Below, piece by piece: positions 39,198 through 50,227 of a stretch of 64,000 nt of DNA. Source of the DNA: an uncultured virus (IMG/VR IMGVR_UViG_3300024258_000016) (Duplodnaviria; Heunggongvirae; Uroviricota; Caudoviricetes); IMG/VR virus record IMGVR_UViG_3300024258_000016. One strand, 5' to 3'. The position numbers and the translations under genes are program-made. Positions within the stretch are counted from its first letter, which is position 1; each line of letters starts with the position of its first letter. The notes under the pieces are model-generated. The model searched no databases. It had not been told where the DNA came from and worked only from the letters and a program-made list of their open reading frames with translations.

Positions 39198-39450
39198 TTT
39201 TTTCCTCTGCCTCCTGATAGCAATTTGGGCAAAACAGAGATACTCTTTTTTCTTTGTTGTTAATAAAAACTCGCCATGTCATAGCGTGTTCTCTATTTTG
39301 CTTGTCGAAGGGTGTCTTGCAAATTGAACATCCTTCTGGTAATTTATCAAACATTGTTGCTTGCTCTTGCAACTTTTTCTCTGCTGCCTTTCGTTTGATG
39401 TTCTTTTCCTTGATTTGTTTCTTTCTTTTAAATTTTCTTAAAATGCTCAT
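39151..39450 (-). CDS. zinc-finger protein
   Basis: CSIC...FCPNC. Confidence 0.7.
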   Translation of the reverse strand: MSILRKFKRKKQIKEKNIKRKAAEKKLQEQATMFDKLPEGCSICKTPFDKQNREHAMTWRVFINNKEKRVSLFCPNCYQEAEEKNEKRDSNTGQTQTKN

Positions 39451-39474
39451 ATTAATATTTTTCCTCCCATGTTT

Positions 39475-40275
39475 TTAATACTTCTTTTTGCCACTATGCG
39501 AGATAACGATTCCTTCATAACGAGGCGCAAAGTTGAAATAATTTTGAGAAATGATGATCAAGTATTTCCACTGGTGTTCTGGAAAATACATTTTATTAAA
39601 AGGAATTCCTATAATCGTTCCAATTGGGTACTTCATGTTATTTTAAATATTGTTCCTTTGTTGTTCGTTTCCCACAGGTCTATATTACAACAAAATCCAT
39701 AATCAGCGTATGCTTTTCCATCATAACGAATCATTTTTGTAGAGTACGTTCCATCTTTATGTCCAATAATTATGCAAAACTTCCAATAATTTGGTGGGCA
39801 ATTGATTTCGTGATAACAAAATACTGTTCCAATTGGGTACTTCATGTTCACTCTACAATACAGTACATATTATTATTATTAAATTCTCTTCTTGCCCAAT
39901 CCTTGTTCATTGTCCCAGATACCCATTCTATATTTTTCCTAATAAAGGCCCAATTTACGTTGCATAAGCAAAATTCCCCACTATCTCTTGTAACAACAAT
40001 AAGGAATGGCTCATCTTCTTTGGTGTAGGGTTTGTGATAAAATATCGTTCCAATTGAGTACTTCATGCTATTTTAAGTATTATTCCTTTGCAATCTTCTG
40101 TCCAACGATTTACACTGTTCACTTCTAAGAGATACTTCGCAGTTGATCCGTTATATCGAATCCACTTTACACTATACGAATTACTTTTATGTCCAATAAT
40201 TATGCAAAACTTCCAATAAGTTGGTGGGCAATTGATTCCGTGATAACAAAATATCGTTCCAATTGGGTACTTCAT
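39475..40275 (-). repeat. four tandem MKY(P/S)IGT paralogues (39475..39636, 39633..39851, 39848..40066, 40063..40275)
   Basis: shared start ATGAAGTAC(C/T)CAATTGGAAC; two share ~90 nt near-identity. Confidence 0.8.
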
Positions 40276-40725
40276 ACTATCCTCGAATAACGACTTTTAA
40301 ACGACCTTCCCTCTCCCACCTTTCTAAAGAAGAAGCGCAAATTGTGGCAGAAAACTTTCTACTTTCTGCCAAACGAACCCAAAAAAGACTGTAACTTCCA
40401 TTCTTGATTTTTGTAATTATACCAAAGTGACGAGATTTTGAATAGGAAATATCCGATGATTTGAGAAAGAATATGTCACCTACTTTAAGTTTCTTCATTT
40501 TATAAATGCTTTTCTGAAAGAAATGTTAAATTGTCGTTATAAAGCCATCCTTCCATATCCGAATTGGAACAAAATCCGATTGTCCACTCATTATGGTTCT
40601 GCCTTTTGGTAAATCTCCATTTTATATCATAATATCCTCCACTGTCTCCAACAATAATTCCCAAAAACGGACTTGTACCCCTTCCCCTTCCGTTATGGTG
40701 AAAGATATCTCCAATGTTTAATAAT

Positions 40726-41178
40726 TTAACGTCCTGTACTTCCAAAACCGCTATCCTTTCTTTCCCTTGTTGGAGTATTCTCGTAAAGGTCGTCATCTAG
40801 TGCTTCAATAGGTTCACAAGATACAATTGGAAACAAAATCATTTGAGCAATCTTATCTTTTGGATTGATCTGGATGCTCTTACCACTAATGTTGTGAAGA
40901 ACTACTCCAATTTCCCCTTCGTATAGGGGATCTACAATTCCTGCTCCAACAATACACCCTTTCTTTAAGGACATACTTGATCTGTTCTGAATCTTTAACA
41001 CATGCCCTAATGGAACTTCTACCTTAATTCCTGTCTTAAGTAGAACTGTACTATGTGCATCAATATATTTTACCTCTTCTTTCTCGGGGTTATAAAACAG
41101 ATCGATTCCCGCATCCCCTGGGTGTCCTTTCTCTGGTGTCTTGACTCCTAGTCTCAAACTATAAAACTTAATATACAT
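40726..41178 (-). CDS. dut: trimeric dUTPase
   Basis: DAGIDL, NRSS, GIVD..Y.GEI, IAQ, GFGSTG. Confidence 0.95.
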   Translation of the reverse strand: MYIKFYSLRLGVKTPEKGHPGDAGIDLFYNPEKEEVKYIDAHSTVLLKTGIKVEVPLGHVLKIQNRSSMSLKKGCIVGAGIVDPLYEGEIGVVLHNISGKSIQINPKDKIAQMILFPIVSCEPIEALDDDLYENTPTRERKDSGFGSTGR

Positions 41179-42424
41179 TAATTCTCCTTTTTATTCTTTC
41201 CTTCTTTCCAACCATCCAATACGGGTGTTATGCTCAGTCTTTCTCTTTCCTTTTTTGTTAATTCCTCGCAAACCTCAATTGCCGCGTTGTATCCTGTCTT
41301 ATAACCAAAAATCCATCCAACGAAACTCAAGAAAATAGCAGTTACAATAAGAATAAGTTCTAGCATATTTAATCCTTCAACGCTGACTGGATATATTGTG
41401 TCAATTCTTCTTGAGTTTCTTCGCTTACTTCTCCATCATTATCTTCTCGATACTTATCCTGCTCCATTGACAAAGCTGTCACTGTTGAGATTGCCTCTCG
41501 TACTCCTTCTCTCTTTCCTTTGTAGAACCAAAAGATACTACTTGCTGCCAAGATGAACGCTCCAATTGTCATGTCCATTTTTATTCTCCCTGCTAATTAA
41601 GCTTGTTGCATTTTTTAATGCATATAAATTGTGAATTTTGCCTTTTAAAGGCCCGTTTATGATTAAGACAACATACAAATCACAGTCACTCAAAACCTCC
41701 AAAACCAACCAATATTCTCGATATATCGAGGTATAAAGGAGGTCGTTTACTTTAAACATCGTGTCTTATCCTTTATTGTTTAATACATTATACCCCGATC
41801 AGGAATGATTTGCAACATAAAAATGATTATAATTTTTCTTCTCGCTCACAAATTTGCAATGCCATCAATGCCTCTCTCCAATATGGGATCATCATATAAT
41901 CATACTCATCCCAATTATTGATATCTTTTTCCTTTGCCAAATGACATTCATATGAGTTTGTTAAATTCTTGATGATCTTAAGTAATTGTTTCTTATCCAT
42001 CTTTACTCTCCATAATCTTTGCCTTCATTTCGAAACAAGCCTCAAATCCTGTGCGAACATTGATCCTTTCAAGATGTGGACATATCTTCCTTTAGATAAC
42101 CCACTCAAAATAAGAAGAGTATAAGTCTTAACACTGTGTCTACATGTTCCATAAACATAATAGAATATACCTGAGTTTAGTGACCTACGAATATCTCCAA
42201 TAGAGATGATGTCTTTTCTATATCTCACTCTTTACGCTCCACAATTGGGATAAGACATCTTGCATACATGTTCAAATTTGGCTTAAAAACTGTGTTCTCA
42301 CCTATACCTTTTCTTGTCCAACAACGCGCTCTAACCTTCCCGCTCTTAAGATGCCCAACAATCACCACATACTCTCGACATTCGGTATGATAGTAAATAT
42401 CCCCAACTTTATACCCTTCACTTT

Positions 42425-45400
42425 TCATGTTAGCCTCTTAAAACATTTGCCAAAGTCATCGCAAGAATATCCCCACTTCTTATCGTATTTTAACTTCACC
42501 GCATATACTCTATTCAATGCAATCGTATCCGATTTGGGGTTAACGTTCCAACACTTGATCTTTACAATTTCAAACGTATCATCAATACATGTAACAATAA
42601 GGTATTGAGATCCTCTTGTTGTTCTTAATGTCTTGATCTCTTTAGGGATTGTCCAACAAAGATGTACTCCATTCTCCTTCTTGGAGATCGAACCTAATGA
42701 TTGAATCTCTTTATTTTTTAATCTTGTGTCAAGTTCATCTGACATGATCAATTCAATTGGGTACATCCCTGTCAATTCTGACTTCATCGTAATCATATCA
42801 TCTTGAGAAAAGTCATCTTCATCCTTGAATGCGTCTACTGCCTCCAACATCTTTTTAAGTGACGTTGGTCTTACAAGGATAGTTGATGACCAAAAATGCC
42901 TCAAGTGATTGAATCTACTGTCATCTTTATAAAGATCTTTCAATGCTCCAACTCTTGCAAAAGCATCCATCACCTTTTTATTTAGCTTTCCATACCTAAT
43001 CTCTTTATTGAAAAGTAGTTCTTCGACGGTATTAAACGGCCTGAATTTAAGGATCTCTTCAACTGCAGCATCTCCAACTCCTTTTAAGGAGTTTAGTGGC
43101 TGAATCAGTGTTTTTCCGTCCTCAGAGATTTCCCAAACCTTGCCAGAAGTGTTGATATTTACATCTTCAATCTTGAACCCAGCCTTCTTTGCCGACGAAA
43201 TGGCTTGTTCTTTGTTTGCGGGCTTCTCTCTTTGCAGATAACTTGCAATCCATTCGGCAGGGTAATGAGTCAACAACCAAGAGCATTGGTACGAAATTGC
43301 CGAATACATCAAACTGTGAGAAAAGTTGAAACTGTACTTTGAGTGCCCCTCAAACTCTTTCCACATTTTCTCTGCTTCTTTCTTCGTGATTCCCTTTTCA
43401 AGACAGCCTGCCAAGAACTTCTTGTAAATTTGTTCCTTCTTCCCTCCAGTCTCCCCCAATCCCTTCTTCATCAACAACTTTCGTAGTTTGTTGCCTTCAG
43501 CTAATGACAGGTCTTTCCCAAGCTTATGAGTCAAATTGGCAATATCTTCTTGATAGATAACCAATCCTGCATTGTCTTTAAGAACTTCCTTTGTGATTGG
43601 ATGTTGATACCCAATAGAGTTAGAGTTCGCCCTGTTCTTAATGAATTTTCTATGTACTCCTGCGATCAGTGGTCCTGGTCTGTGAATTGCAGTAACTGCA
43701 GAAACATCTCTCAATCCTTTTGGGTTAACATCCATACAAAACTGTTGGACATTATCTCTGGCAAACTGGAAGATTCCTACAAAATTGCCACCTTGATATA
43801 CATTATTATATACCATCTTGTCTGAAAAGTCAAGAACGTCTGGATGCAAATTTTTGTTATAATAATCCTGAATGTCTTTGAATTCTGGGTTTGGCATGTT
43901 GTAATGCCTTTTGAGAGTATGTTCAATAGCTCCTCTGATCATCCCCAAAGTTTCAAGACCAAGAAGGTCAAACTTCAAGAAACCTAGTGGTTCAAGATGT
44001 CTTGCGGAGATTCCTTCTGTCCAAGGGGTTTGCAATGTTCCCTTACTTCTGACTAAAGGCATTTTCTCTGTGATGTTTGACCCAATTACGATCCCTGCTG
44101 CGTGCTTGCCAATTGAACGTTTTTGTCCTTCTAATGCCCCCATATGTTTTGACACTTCTGGGTGATTATCAAGGAACTCCCTCAATGATGGGCTGTGCTT
44201 CTTTACCTCATCTAGAGTTGGATTGTCAAGAATACCTGCTGTAATTCCTCTTTCTTCTTTAATTGATGATTCTGATTCTTCAAACATTGCTGTAGTTACG
44301 ATATTAACTTCCTTGTATGGAATTTCGTGATACTTTGAAAGATCTTTAATAAGAGACTTCAACTTTAATGTTGTAAAGTTTGAGATCTGTACTACATCTA
44401 CTCCATACTTTTCTTTCCACTTCTTCTCGATGATCTCTCTTAACCCTGCACGATCTTCAAAGTCTACATCAATATCAGGAAAACTGTTCCCCTCAATGTC
44501 GAGGAATCTTTCAAACTGCATTCCCCACCTAATTGGATCAATCTGTGTGATTTCAAGAAGATAGGCAATCAAACTTCCTCCACAACTCCCTCTTCCAGGA
44601 CCGACAAGTTGTGTTCTCTTTGCTTCTTCGATAATTTCATTCATCAATAAGAAATACTCTGCAAATCCTCTCTTGATAATTACATCAAGTTCATACTCAA
44701 GTCTGCTTGAATACTTGTCATTATCAAGGTTCTTTTCAATCATCGAACTGTAGCACAATTCTTTCAAGTATTCTCCTGCGTCCTTCCCTTCTGGGGATAC
44801 GAAATCAGGAAACTCTACATCCGTTTTGACCTTAATTACTTCAATCTCATCTGCAATTTCTTTTGTCCTTGTGATCGAATCTTCAATTGTATTATCATCA
44901 TATGTGTATCCATTCCCATAATTGAGATAGGAATCCCACATTTGTTCCCCATTCTTTGGGTACAATTCCATACCCAACTCTTCAATACTCTCTGGAAGTG
45001 GTTCTCCCTTTCCTTTTGATAGCCATGCCAATCTTTTATACATCTCTCTGCTCTGCCATAACTCTGGTTTATGGTAGTGAGCATCCGTTGTTGATACCAA
45101 TTTGATGTCCAACTTTTGTGCTACCTGAATGATGTATTGATTAATTGTATGTTGATCTTCAAAAGCATTCCACTGCAATTCAAGATAATAATCCTTTCCA
45201 AAGATAGACCTGTGCTTCTCTGCGACTTCTGTCATTTCTTTAATGATTTGTTCTTCTTTGTTCTTCTTATCTTTGTACTTGAAATAGACATTTGCCATTC
45301 TACTTCCCATACACGCAGAAAGACAGATCAATCCCTCACTATGCTCTTCAAGCATCTTATAATCAATACGAGGATATCTATAGTAATTGTAGTCGCTGTT

Positions 45401-45841
45401 AGATTGAGAGATCAGTTTGAATAGATTCTTCAAACCTGTCTCGTTTTTTGCTAGCAGAACGAGATGATAACGTCGATTGATGGGATTTCTGCCAACCTTG
45501 CCTCTGGTTCGATCATCTTCAATTCCTTTTTCTTCTTTTTTGGTTTTCTTGTTTTTAAGAGATTTCTTATACTCTTGATACTCATCATGCCATTCCTCCA
45601 AATCGTCAATAAAATATGCTTCTGTGCCGTAAATAACCTTGAAATCTTGTCCTTGCTCTTGTAGTTTTTGTGAGTATAGGTAGGCAGCAGAAAAGTTAAT
45701 CATGTTCCCATGATCTGTTAGAGCAATGGCCTTTGCTCCGTTACTAATGGCAAAATCAATATGCTCAACTGGCGAGCCGATAGCATCACCAATACTGTCA
45801 TTCGTATGTCCGTGTAGGTTTACATAGTTCTTTAATGTCAT
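42425..45841 (-). CDS. dnaE: DNA polymerase III alpha subunit
   Basis: PHP LHGHT/TDHG/DAHY, GRGS, PDIDVDF, HAAG, KFDLLGL, YQE, FNFSH. Confidence 0.96.
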   Translation of the reverse strand: MTLKNYVNLHGHTNDSIGDAIGSPVEHIDFAISNGAKAIALTDHGNMINFSAAYLYSQKLQEQGQDFKVIYGTEAYFIDDLEEWHDEYQEYKKSLKNKKTKKEEKGIEDDRTRGKVGRNPINRRYHLVLLAKNETGLKNLFKLISQSNSDYNYYRYPRIDYKMLEEHSEGLICLSACMGSRMANVYFKYKDKKNKEEQIIKEMTEVAEKHRSIFGKDYYLELQWNAFEDQHTINQYIIQVAQKLDIKLVSTTDAHYHKPELWQSREMYKRLAWLSKGKGEPLPESIEELGMELYPKNGEQMWDSYLNYGNGYTYDDNTIEDSITRTKEIADEIEVIKVKTDVEFPDFVSPEGKDAGEYLKELCYSSMIEKNLDNDKYSSRLEYELDVIIKRGFAEYFLLMNEIIEEAKRTQLVGPGRGSCGGSLIAYLLEITQIDPIRWGMQFERFLDIEGNSFPDIDVDFEDRAGLREIIEKKWKEKYGVDVVQISNFTTLKLKSLIKDLSKYHEIPYKEVNIVTTAMFEESESSIKEERGITAGILDNPTLDEVKKHSPSLREFLDNHPEVSKHMGALEGQKRSIGKHAAGIVIGSNITEKMPLVRSKGTLQTPWTEGISARHLEPLGFLKFDLLGLETLGMIRGAIEHTLKRHYNMPNPEFKDIQDYYNKNLHPDVLDFSDKMVYNNVYQGGNFVGIFQFARDNVQQFCMDVNPKGLRDVSAVTAIHRPGPLIAGVHRKFIKNRANSNSIGYQHPITKEVLKDNAGLVIYQEDIANLTHKLGKDLSLAEGNKLRKLLMKKGLGETGGKKEQIYKKFLAGCLEKGITKKEAEKMWKEFEGHSKYSFNFSHSLMYSAISYQCSWLLTHYPAEWIASYLQREKPANKEQAISSAKKAGFKIEDVNINTSGKVWEISEDGKTLIQPLNSLKGVGDAAVEEILKFRPFNTVEELLFNKEIRYGKLNKKVMDAFARVGALKDLYKDDSRFNHLRHFWSSTILVRPTSLKKMLEAVDAFKDEDDFSQDDMITMKSELTGMYPIELIMSDELDTRLKNKEIQSLGSISKKENGVHLCWTIPKEIKTLRTTRGSQYLIVTCIDDTFEIVKIKCWNVNPKSDTIALNRVYAVKLKYDKKWGYSCDDFGKCFKRLT

Positions 45842-47160
45842 TTATTTCTCCTCGTAAATTAATTGTAATTGATTTGCAAATCTACTACCAGTTTCAAAAG
45901 GAACTGTTCTCCTCTCAACAGAAGAGTAGTAAGTACAAAATCGATGATTTACATTATAACTGTCCTCATAACTGTCCTCGATCTTGATTATTACAACAAA
46001 TCCTTCACTAACGTATTCGTTTTTATGATAATAGATGTTTCCTACTTTAAAGTTATTCATTATAATCCCTAGCAATCAAGATGCAACTATTTGCAACAGC
46101 AGAGCCTTGTTCAAAGTGGGCACTCAAACTGCTTCTTATTGGAAGTAAGATGCACTTATACCTACAAGTCCTTACTTTTATCTTTTGAGCACTCCAAGCC
46201 TTATACATCTCAACCTCTTTGACAAGAGCATAACTTCCATAGTACTGTATCCATACGAAATCATTTGTTTTAAAACTGTTCATTATCCACCATAAACAAG
46301 GGTTAAGTCTTCTGCAAGTGACCCGTAAATGCTAAACCAATCCCTAAGAGTTTTTGTTCCTTTGTAAAATACGATACTGGTATGAAATCTTACTTCCAGT
46401 ATGACAATGTATCCGTGATAATAATTATAATAAATGTCACCTACTTTAAACTTCATTATCTATCCTTGAGATGAGAATGCAACGAGAAGCAAATATGCTA
46501 TAATTTCTAAAAACATGTGTTTTTTTATTCCCAGTTAATTGAAGATATTCAACACGATCCCTTTCCACATCTAATATCAAAATATATCCTTCCCTGCTTC
46601 CACAATTCGCAAATGTATGATGAAAAATGTCATATTTTTTAAAAGCTTTCATCTACCCTCGAAATAAAAATGCTATTGTGAGAAAGTTCTCCGAGAACAT
46701 GAAAAGAGCGCATTGTCAGCCATAGTTTCATAATCGGCACAAATCGACAAAGATCCCCTTCAACCTTTGTAACAAGGTAAAACAATTTCCATCTTGGATA
46801 ATACCAGATGTCATGTTGGTGAAATTTTTTGTAAGTTTCTTTACCCATGCTAAGATTATAGCACTCTTTGAATGGTTACGCAATGAAAATGTGGATTATT
46901 TGTTATTCATTAAGTATCGGACTTCATCTTCGAGATCTTGAAGACTATCTTCGATTTGTATTGCATCGTCACTTTCAAGATGGTGACATTCATATTTGAT
47001 TTCTTTAATCTGATCGAGGATATCATCTAACGAAATTGATGTTCGTTCTTGAACCGTGATCGCATTAATGAATTCTTTTTGCTCTAAAGAAAGTTCTTCG
47101 TATCCTACTGGCATTCCTAAACTTTCTTTCAGACTCGGGCTAATGTTTGAATAGTTGTCA

Positions 47161-47730
47161 TTATTTGTCATTATTTTCTTCCTCCTTGTTGTTCACCTCG
47201 TTCCCCCAAGAATCCCATCCTTTCGCCGTCTCTCTGGCAAACAGTTCAATTCTTGGGATATCTCCACATAACTCGATAATATTATCTCTTACAATGATTG
47301 GTTTCTTTGAATGTTTAATGTTTACTTCTCTCACATTTTGTCTTACTGAGTGGGATAATACTTTTGGTTTTCCTTTGACCGCAATGAGACAATGTTCTTG
47401 TTGTTGTCTTGTGTAGAATCCCATACCAAAATGATCTTTCAACTTCTTTGTCTTCTTGATCCAACTAAAGGCAGTCATAGTCTTTAAAGTAAATCCCCAA
47501 GCATCTACTACATCCAACGCCTCTTTTGGCATTGATGCTACCCACCACATAAATAGAAAACAATCATCTTCTGTGATTTCTTTAATTAGTGGTAACTCTT
47601 TAATATCTGTAACAGACATAACATCATATTGTGATGATGCTCCAGATATTAAACTCCCTCCAGTTTTCTTATTACCAAAGCTCCAAGGAGGATCTGCATA
47701 TATGATATTATACTTTTTATTTGCTGTCAT
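47161..47730 (-). CDS. MT-A70 family adenine methyltransferase
   Basis: IIYADPPW, LFMW, HSKKP, RIELFAR..GWDSWGNE. Confidence 0.93.
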   Translation of the reverse strand: MTANKKYNIIYADPPWSFGNKKTGGSLISGASSQYDVMSVTDIKELPLIKEITEDDCFLFMWWVASMPKEALDVVDAWGFTLKTMTAFSWIKKTKKLKDHFGMGFYTRQQQEHCLIAVKGKPKVLSHSVRQNVREVNIKHSKKPIIVRDNIIELCGDIPRIELFARETAKGWDSWGNEVNNKEEENNDK

Positions 47731-48610
47731 CTTTGACCTTCCACTTTTTAACATACTTATTCTTATTTCTTTTTGGCGGTTCTGTCCAATCTTCTTCGTG
47801 AGTGATGTTCTCCCAATTTTCATTACTCATCACATCTTTCAAATCATCCCCAGAACCTATAAATGCAGTATACCCTTCCCAAGTAGACACATCATAATAA
47901 TATCTTACTTTTTCAAAAATTGCAAACTCTTTCTTCCTCACTTTCAACATATCTTCTAGTGTTTGTTCTTCGATAGGCTTTTGAGCCTCTCCAAATACAT
48001 AATTCCAAAACCTTCCCATTGATTGAACATCAAATCCACATCCTAACAGTTGGTTGTCATAAATTGATTTCCCATCTTTTGTCTCAAAAATGAAGTTACT
48101 CTCCTTTCCAAGAACTATCTTTGTTGGATAATTGTGAACTACATTTGGGAATGAAACATAAAAATAGGCTGGTCCGAGTGCTTCTCCAACTGGTCTTGTC
48201 AATTTGCGAGCCTCAAACATGCCAGAAATAATTGTCCAATTTAAACTTCCTGCCCTTTTGCTGATATAGTCTTCTGGTTTGAATGAAATATAAAATATTT
48301 TTACACCGTTCTTTGTTTTCTCGCCAACATGTTTTCTAATGAAAGGCTGAATATCTTCATCTGCAACAATCCAGATATTCTTTGCTCCCGCTGCCAAACA
48401 CTCTGTTATGGATCTGTCTATAAGATATTTACCATCTCCAATTGGCATCATACATCCGTGCCAAGGAAATTCGTAATCAAATAGCAAATTTGATACAGGA
48501 ATGATCCCTGCAACATGATCGTACCCAATACTGTTATTTTTAAGGTCTCGATAAATATTGCGTAAATAGGTGTTTCTTCTCTGTTTAACACTTCGTCTTG
48601 AAATACTCAT
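47717..48610 (-). CDS. nucleotidyltransferase-like (GT-A) protein
   Basis: AGIIP...PW...MMPIG...LIDRSI.EC..AGA..IWIV resembles NTP_transferase N-terminus. Confidence 0.55.
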   Translation of the reverse strand: MSISRRSVKQRRNTYLRNIYRDLKNNSIGYDHVAGIIPVSNLLFDYEFPWHGCMMPIGDGKYLIDRSITECLAAGAKNIWIVADEDIQPFIRKHVGEKTKNGVKIFYISFKPEDYISKRAGSLNWTIISGMFEARKLTRPVGEALGPAYFYVSFPNVVHNYPTKIVLGKESNFIFETKDGKSIYDNQLLGCGFDVQSMGRFWNYVFGEAQKPIEEQTLEDMLKVRKKEFAIFEKVRYYYDVSTWEGYTAFIGSGDDLKDVMSNENWENITHEEDWTEPPKRNKNKYVKKWKVKDDSK

Positions 48611-49394
48611 TGATTGATTTTGTTGTCCTCATGTTGTTTTTAAATTTAATGTACTTTGAATTCTCATAAATGTTTTTCGATCTATTCCAAGATTGTCTAT
48701 CAATTGGAAGAATGTCCATATCTTCAGACTTAATGCCATACACATAATTGATGGCAAATCTTAATCTTCTTGAAATGAAGTGCATTGGGAAATCTTCAAT
48801 ATCTTTATATGCCCCATACACTTTGACAATATTATTGTCAAAAACGTACGCTTTTGTCTCAACATCCCCTTGGATGTTGAACCTGTCAAACTTGCCTTCC
48901 TTCAACAAGTCATATGAAGTTCTGACTTCAAATGTATCCACCACTTCGTCATTATTTTTCTGATCTTGTATCCTGATGATCCGATTTGTTAATCCATGAA
49001 CCTTGTAGTCATCATAAATAAACATTCTATTTGGGGAAAATGTGGTTCTTGTCTTGTTTTTGTAATTAACTTTTATGACATTATTTGTTCCATTTACGAA
49101 AACGATTTCAACTCCTGTTCCTGAAAGGTTGGCACCATTTAAACTAAGTTTTAATAATAAATCTTCTTCAGCATCTTCTTCAAGAGGACCAACAATTTCA
49201 TCTCCTTGTGGAGTTCTGAGTATTCCGTTTTTAAAAGGAATTCCTAAATGTTCCTCAAGTAATTCTGAATATTGAGGAGGCATTCTGTCGAGAAATGTGA
49301 ATGGCTTATCATTTGTGTAAATCAAAGGAATGTCAGTTAATACAGAATGCATCAACACTCCCATAGTTGAGCCAATACAAACAGAAGGTAACAT
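48585..49394 (-). CDS. hypothetical protein, possible degenerate Rossmann N-terminus
   Basis: 269 aa; VCIGSTMG. Confidence 0.6.
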   Translation of the reverse strand: MLPSVCIGSTMGVLMHSVLTDIPLIYTNDKPFTFLDRMPPQYSELLEEHLGIPFKNGILRTPQGDEIVGPLEEDAEEDLLLKLSLNGANLSGTGVEIVFVNGTNNVIKVNYKNKTRTTFSPNRMFIYDDYKVHGLTNRIIRIQDQKNNDEVVDTFEVRTSYDLLKEGKFDRFNIQGDVETKAYVFDNNIVKVYGAYKDIEDFPMHFISRRLRFAINYVYGIKSEDMDILPIDRQSWNRSKNIYENSKYIKFKNNMRTTKSINEYFKTKC

Positions 49395-49711
49395 TACTCT
49401 TCTTCTGCCGCGTCATGATCGAACATCGCCACAACAGACCCTTCCAAACAAAAATGAATAGTTTCCCCAAATATCGTCATCTGTTCTAATCCTGAAACGT
49501 CAATAATTGCAATCTTGCCATTATCGCCAGACACAACATTATCACACTTATCTCCAGAACTGTCAATGACAAATGTTTGATATCTTTCTTCTTCTTTATC
49601 TGGATCTTTTGGAAGATAAATAAGATCAGCTTCTCTTTCGATATCTCCAGTTTCTTTGTATGGCTCCAGTAGGACATATTTTCCAGCAGGCCACAACTTA
49701 TTGTTAATCAT
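49394..49711 (-). CDS. GroES-like co-chaperonin
   Basis: LWPAGKYVLLEP...LIYLP...EGSVVA. Confidence 0.65.
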   Translation of the reverse strand: MINNKLWPAGKYVLLEPYKETGDIEREADLIYLPKDPDKEEERYQTFVIDSSGDKCDNVVSGDNGKIAIIDVSGLEQMTIFGETIHFCLEGSVVAMFDHDAAEEE

Positions 49712-49724
49712 AATTTCTCCTTAT

Positions 49725-50000
49725 TTATTCAATAATTGCGCCAATACTATCCGCAATGATATCCTCAATCTCTTCAATAGTTTCTTCTGATGCTGCCTCA
49801 TACTGCATATCAATCTTCAGCTTAACTACTCTGATAATCTTGTTTACGAGCTTTACCGGAACGTGTTCTTTAAACTCTGCCTTTAGTTCCTTCTCATCCT
49901 CTTGTAGAATCTTCTTTTCTCTACGAATCGCGAATAATCGCTTTGCAAACTCTTCGGTCTTCTCTTTGTTGTAAGTTAGTGTCTTTGCTTCTTTTTTCAT
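49725..50000 (-). CDS. DsbA(T4)/GapR-like dsDNA-binding protein
   Basis: F..RL..I..EKK.LQED.KELKAE...KLVNKIIR. Confidence 0.55.
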   Translation of the reverse strand: MKKEAKTLTYNKEKTEEFAKRLFAIRREKKILQEDEKELKAEFKEHVPVKLVNKIIRVVKLKIDMQYEAASEETIEEIEDIIADSIGAIIE

Positions 50001-50227
50001 TTTATGCCTCCATTTCTCCATCTACTGAAATTGCAAACTCTCCATCTACCCATTCCATATTAATTGTTTCCCAATTGTCGTATAGATGACTTAACGTTTT
50101 GGTATCCCTTCTCAACACCGTATGTTTTAGGTGTTCGACAACAATTGTTTTCATCTCTTCCTCTGTTAAATAGAATGTCTTCATGCTAGTTACTCTCGCC
50201 ATTTTGATCCCCTTTTTGTTTTTATCC

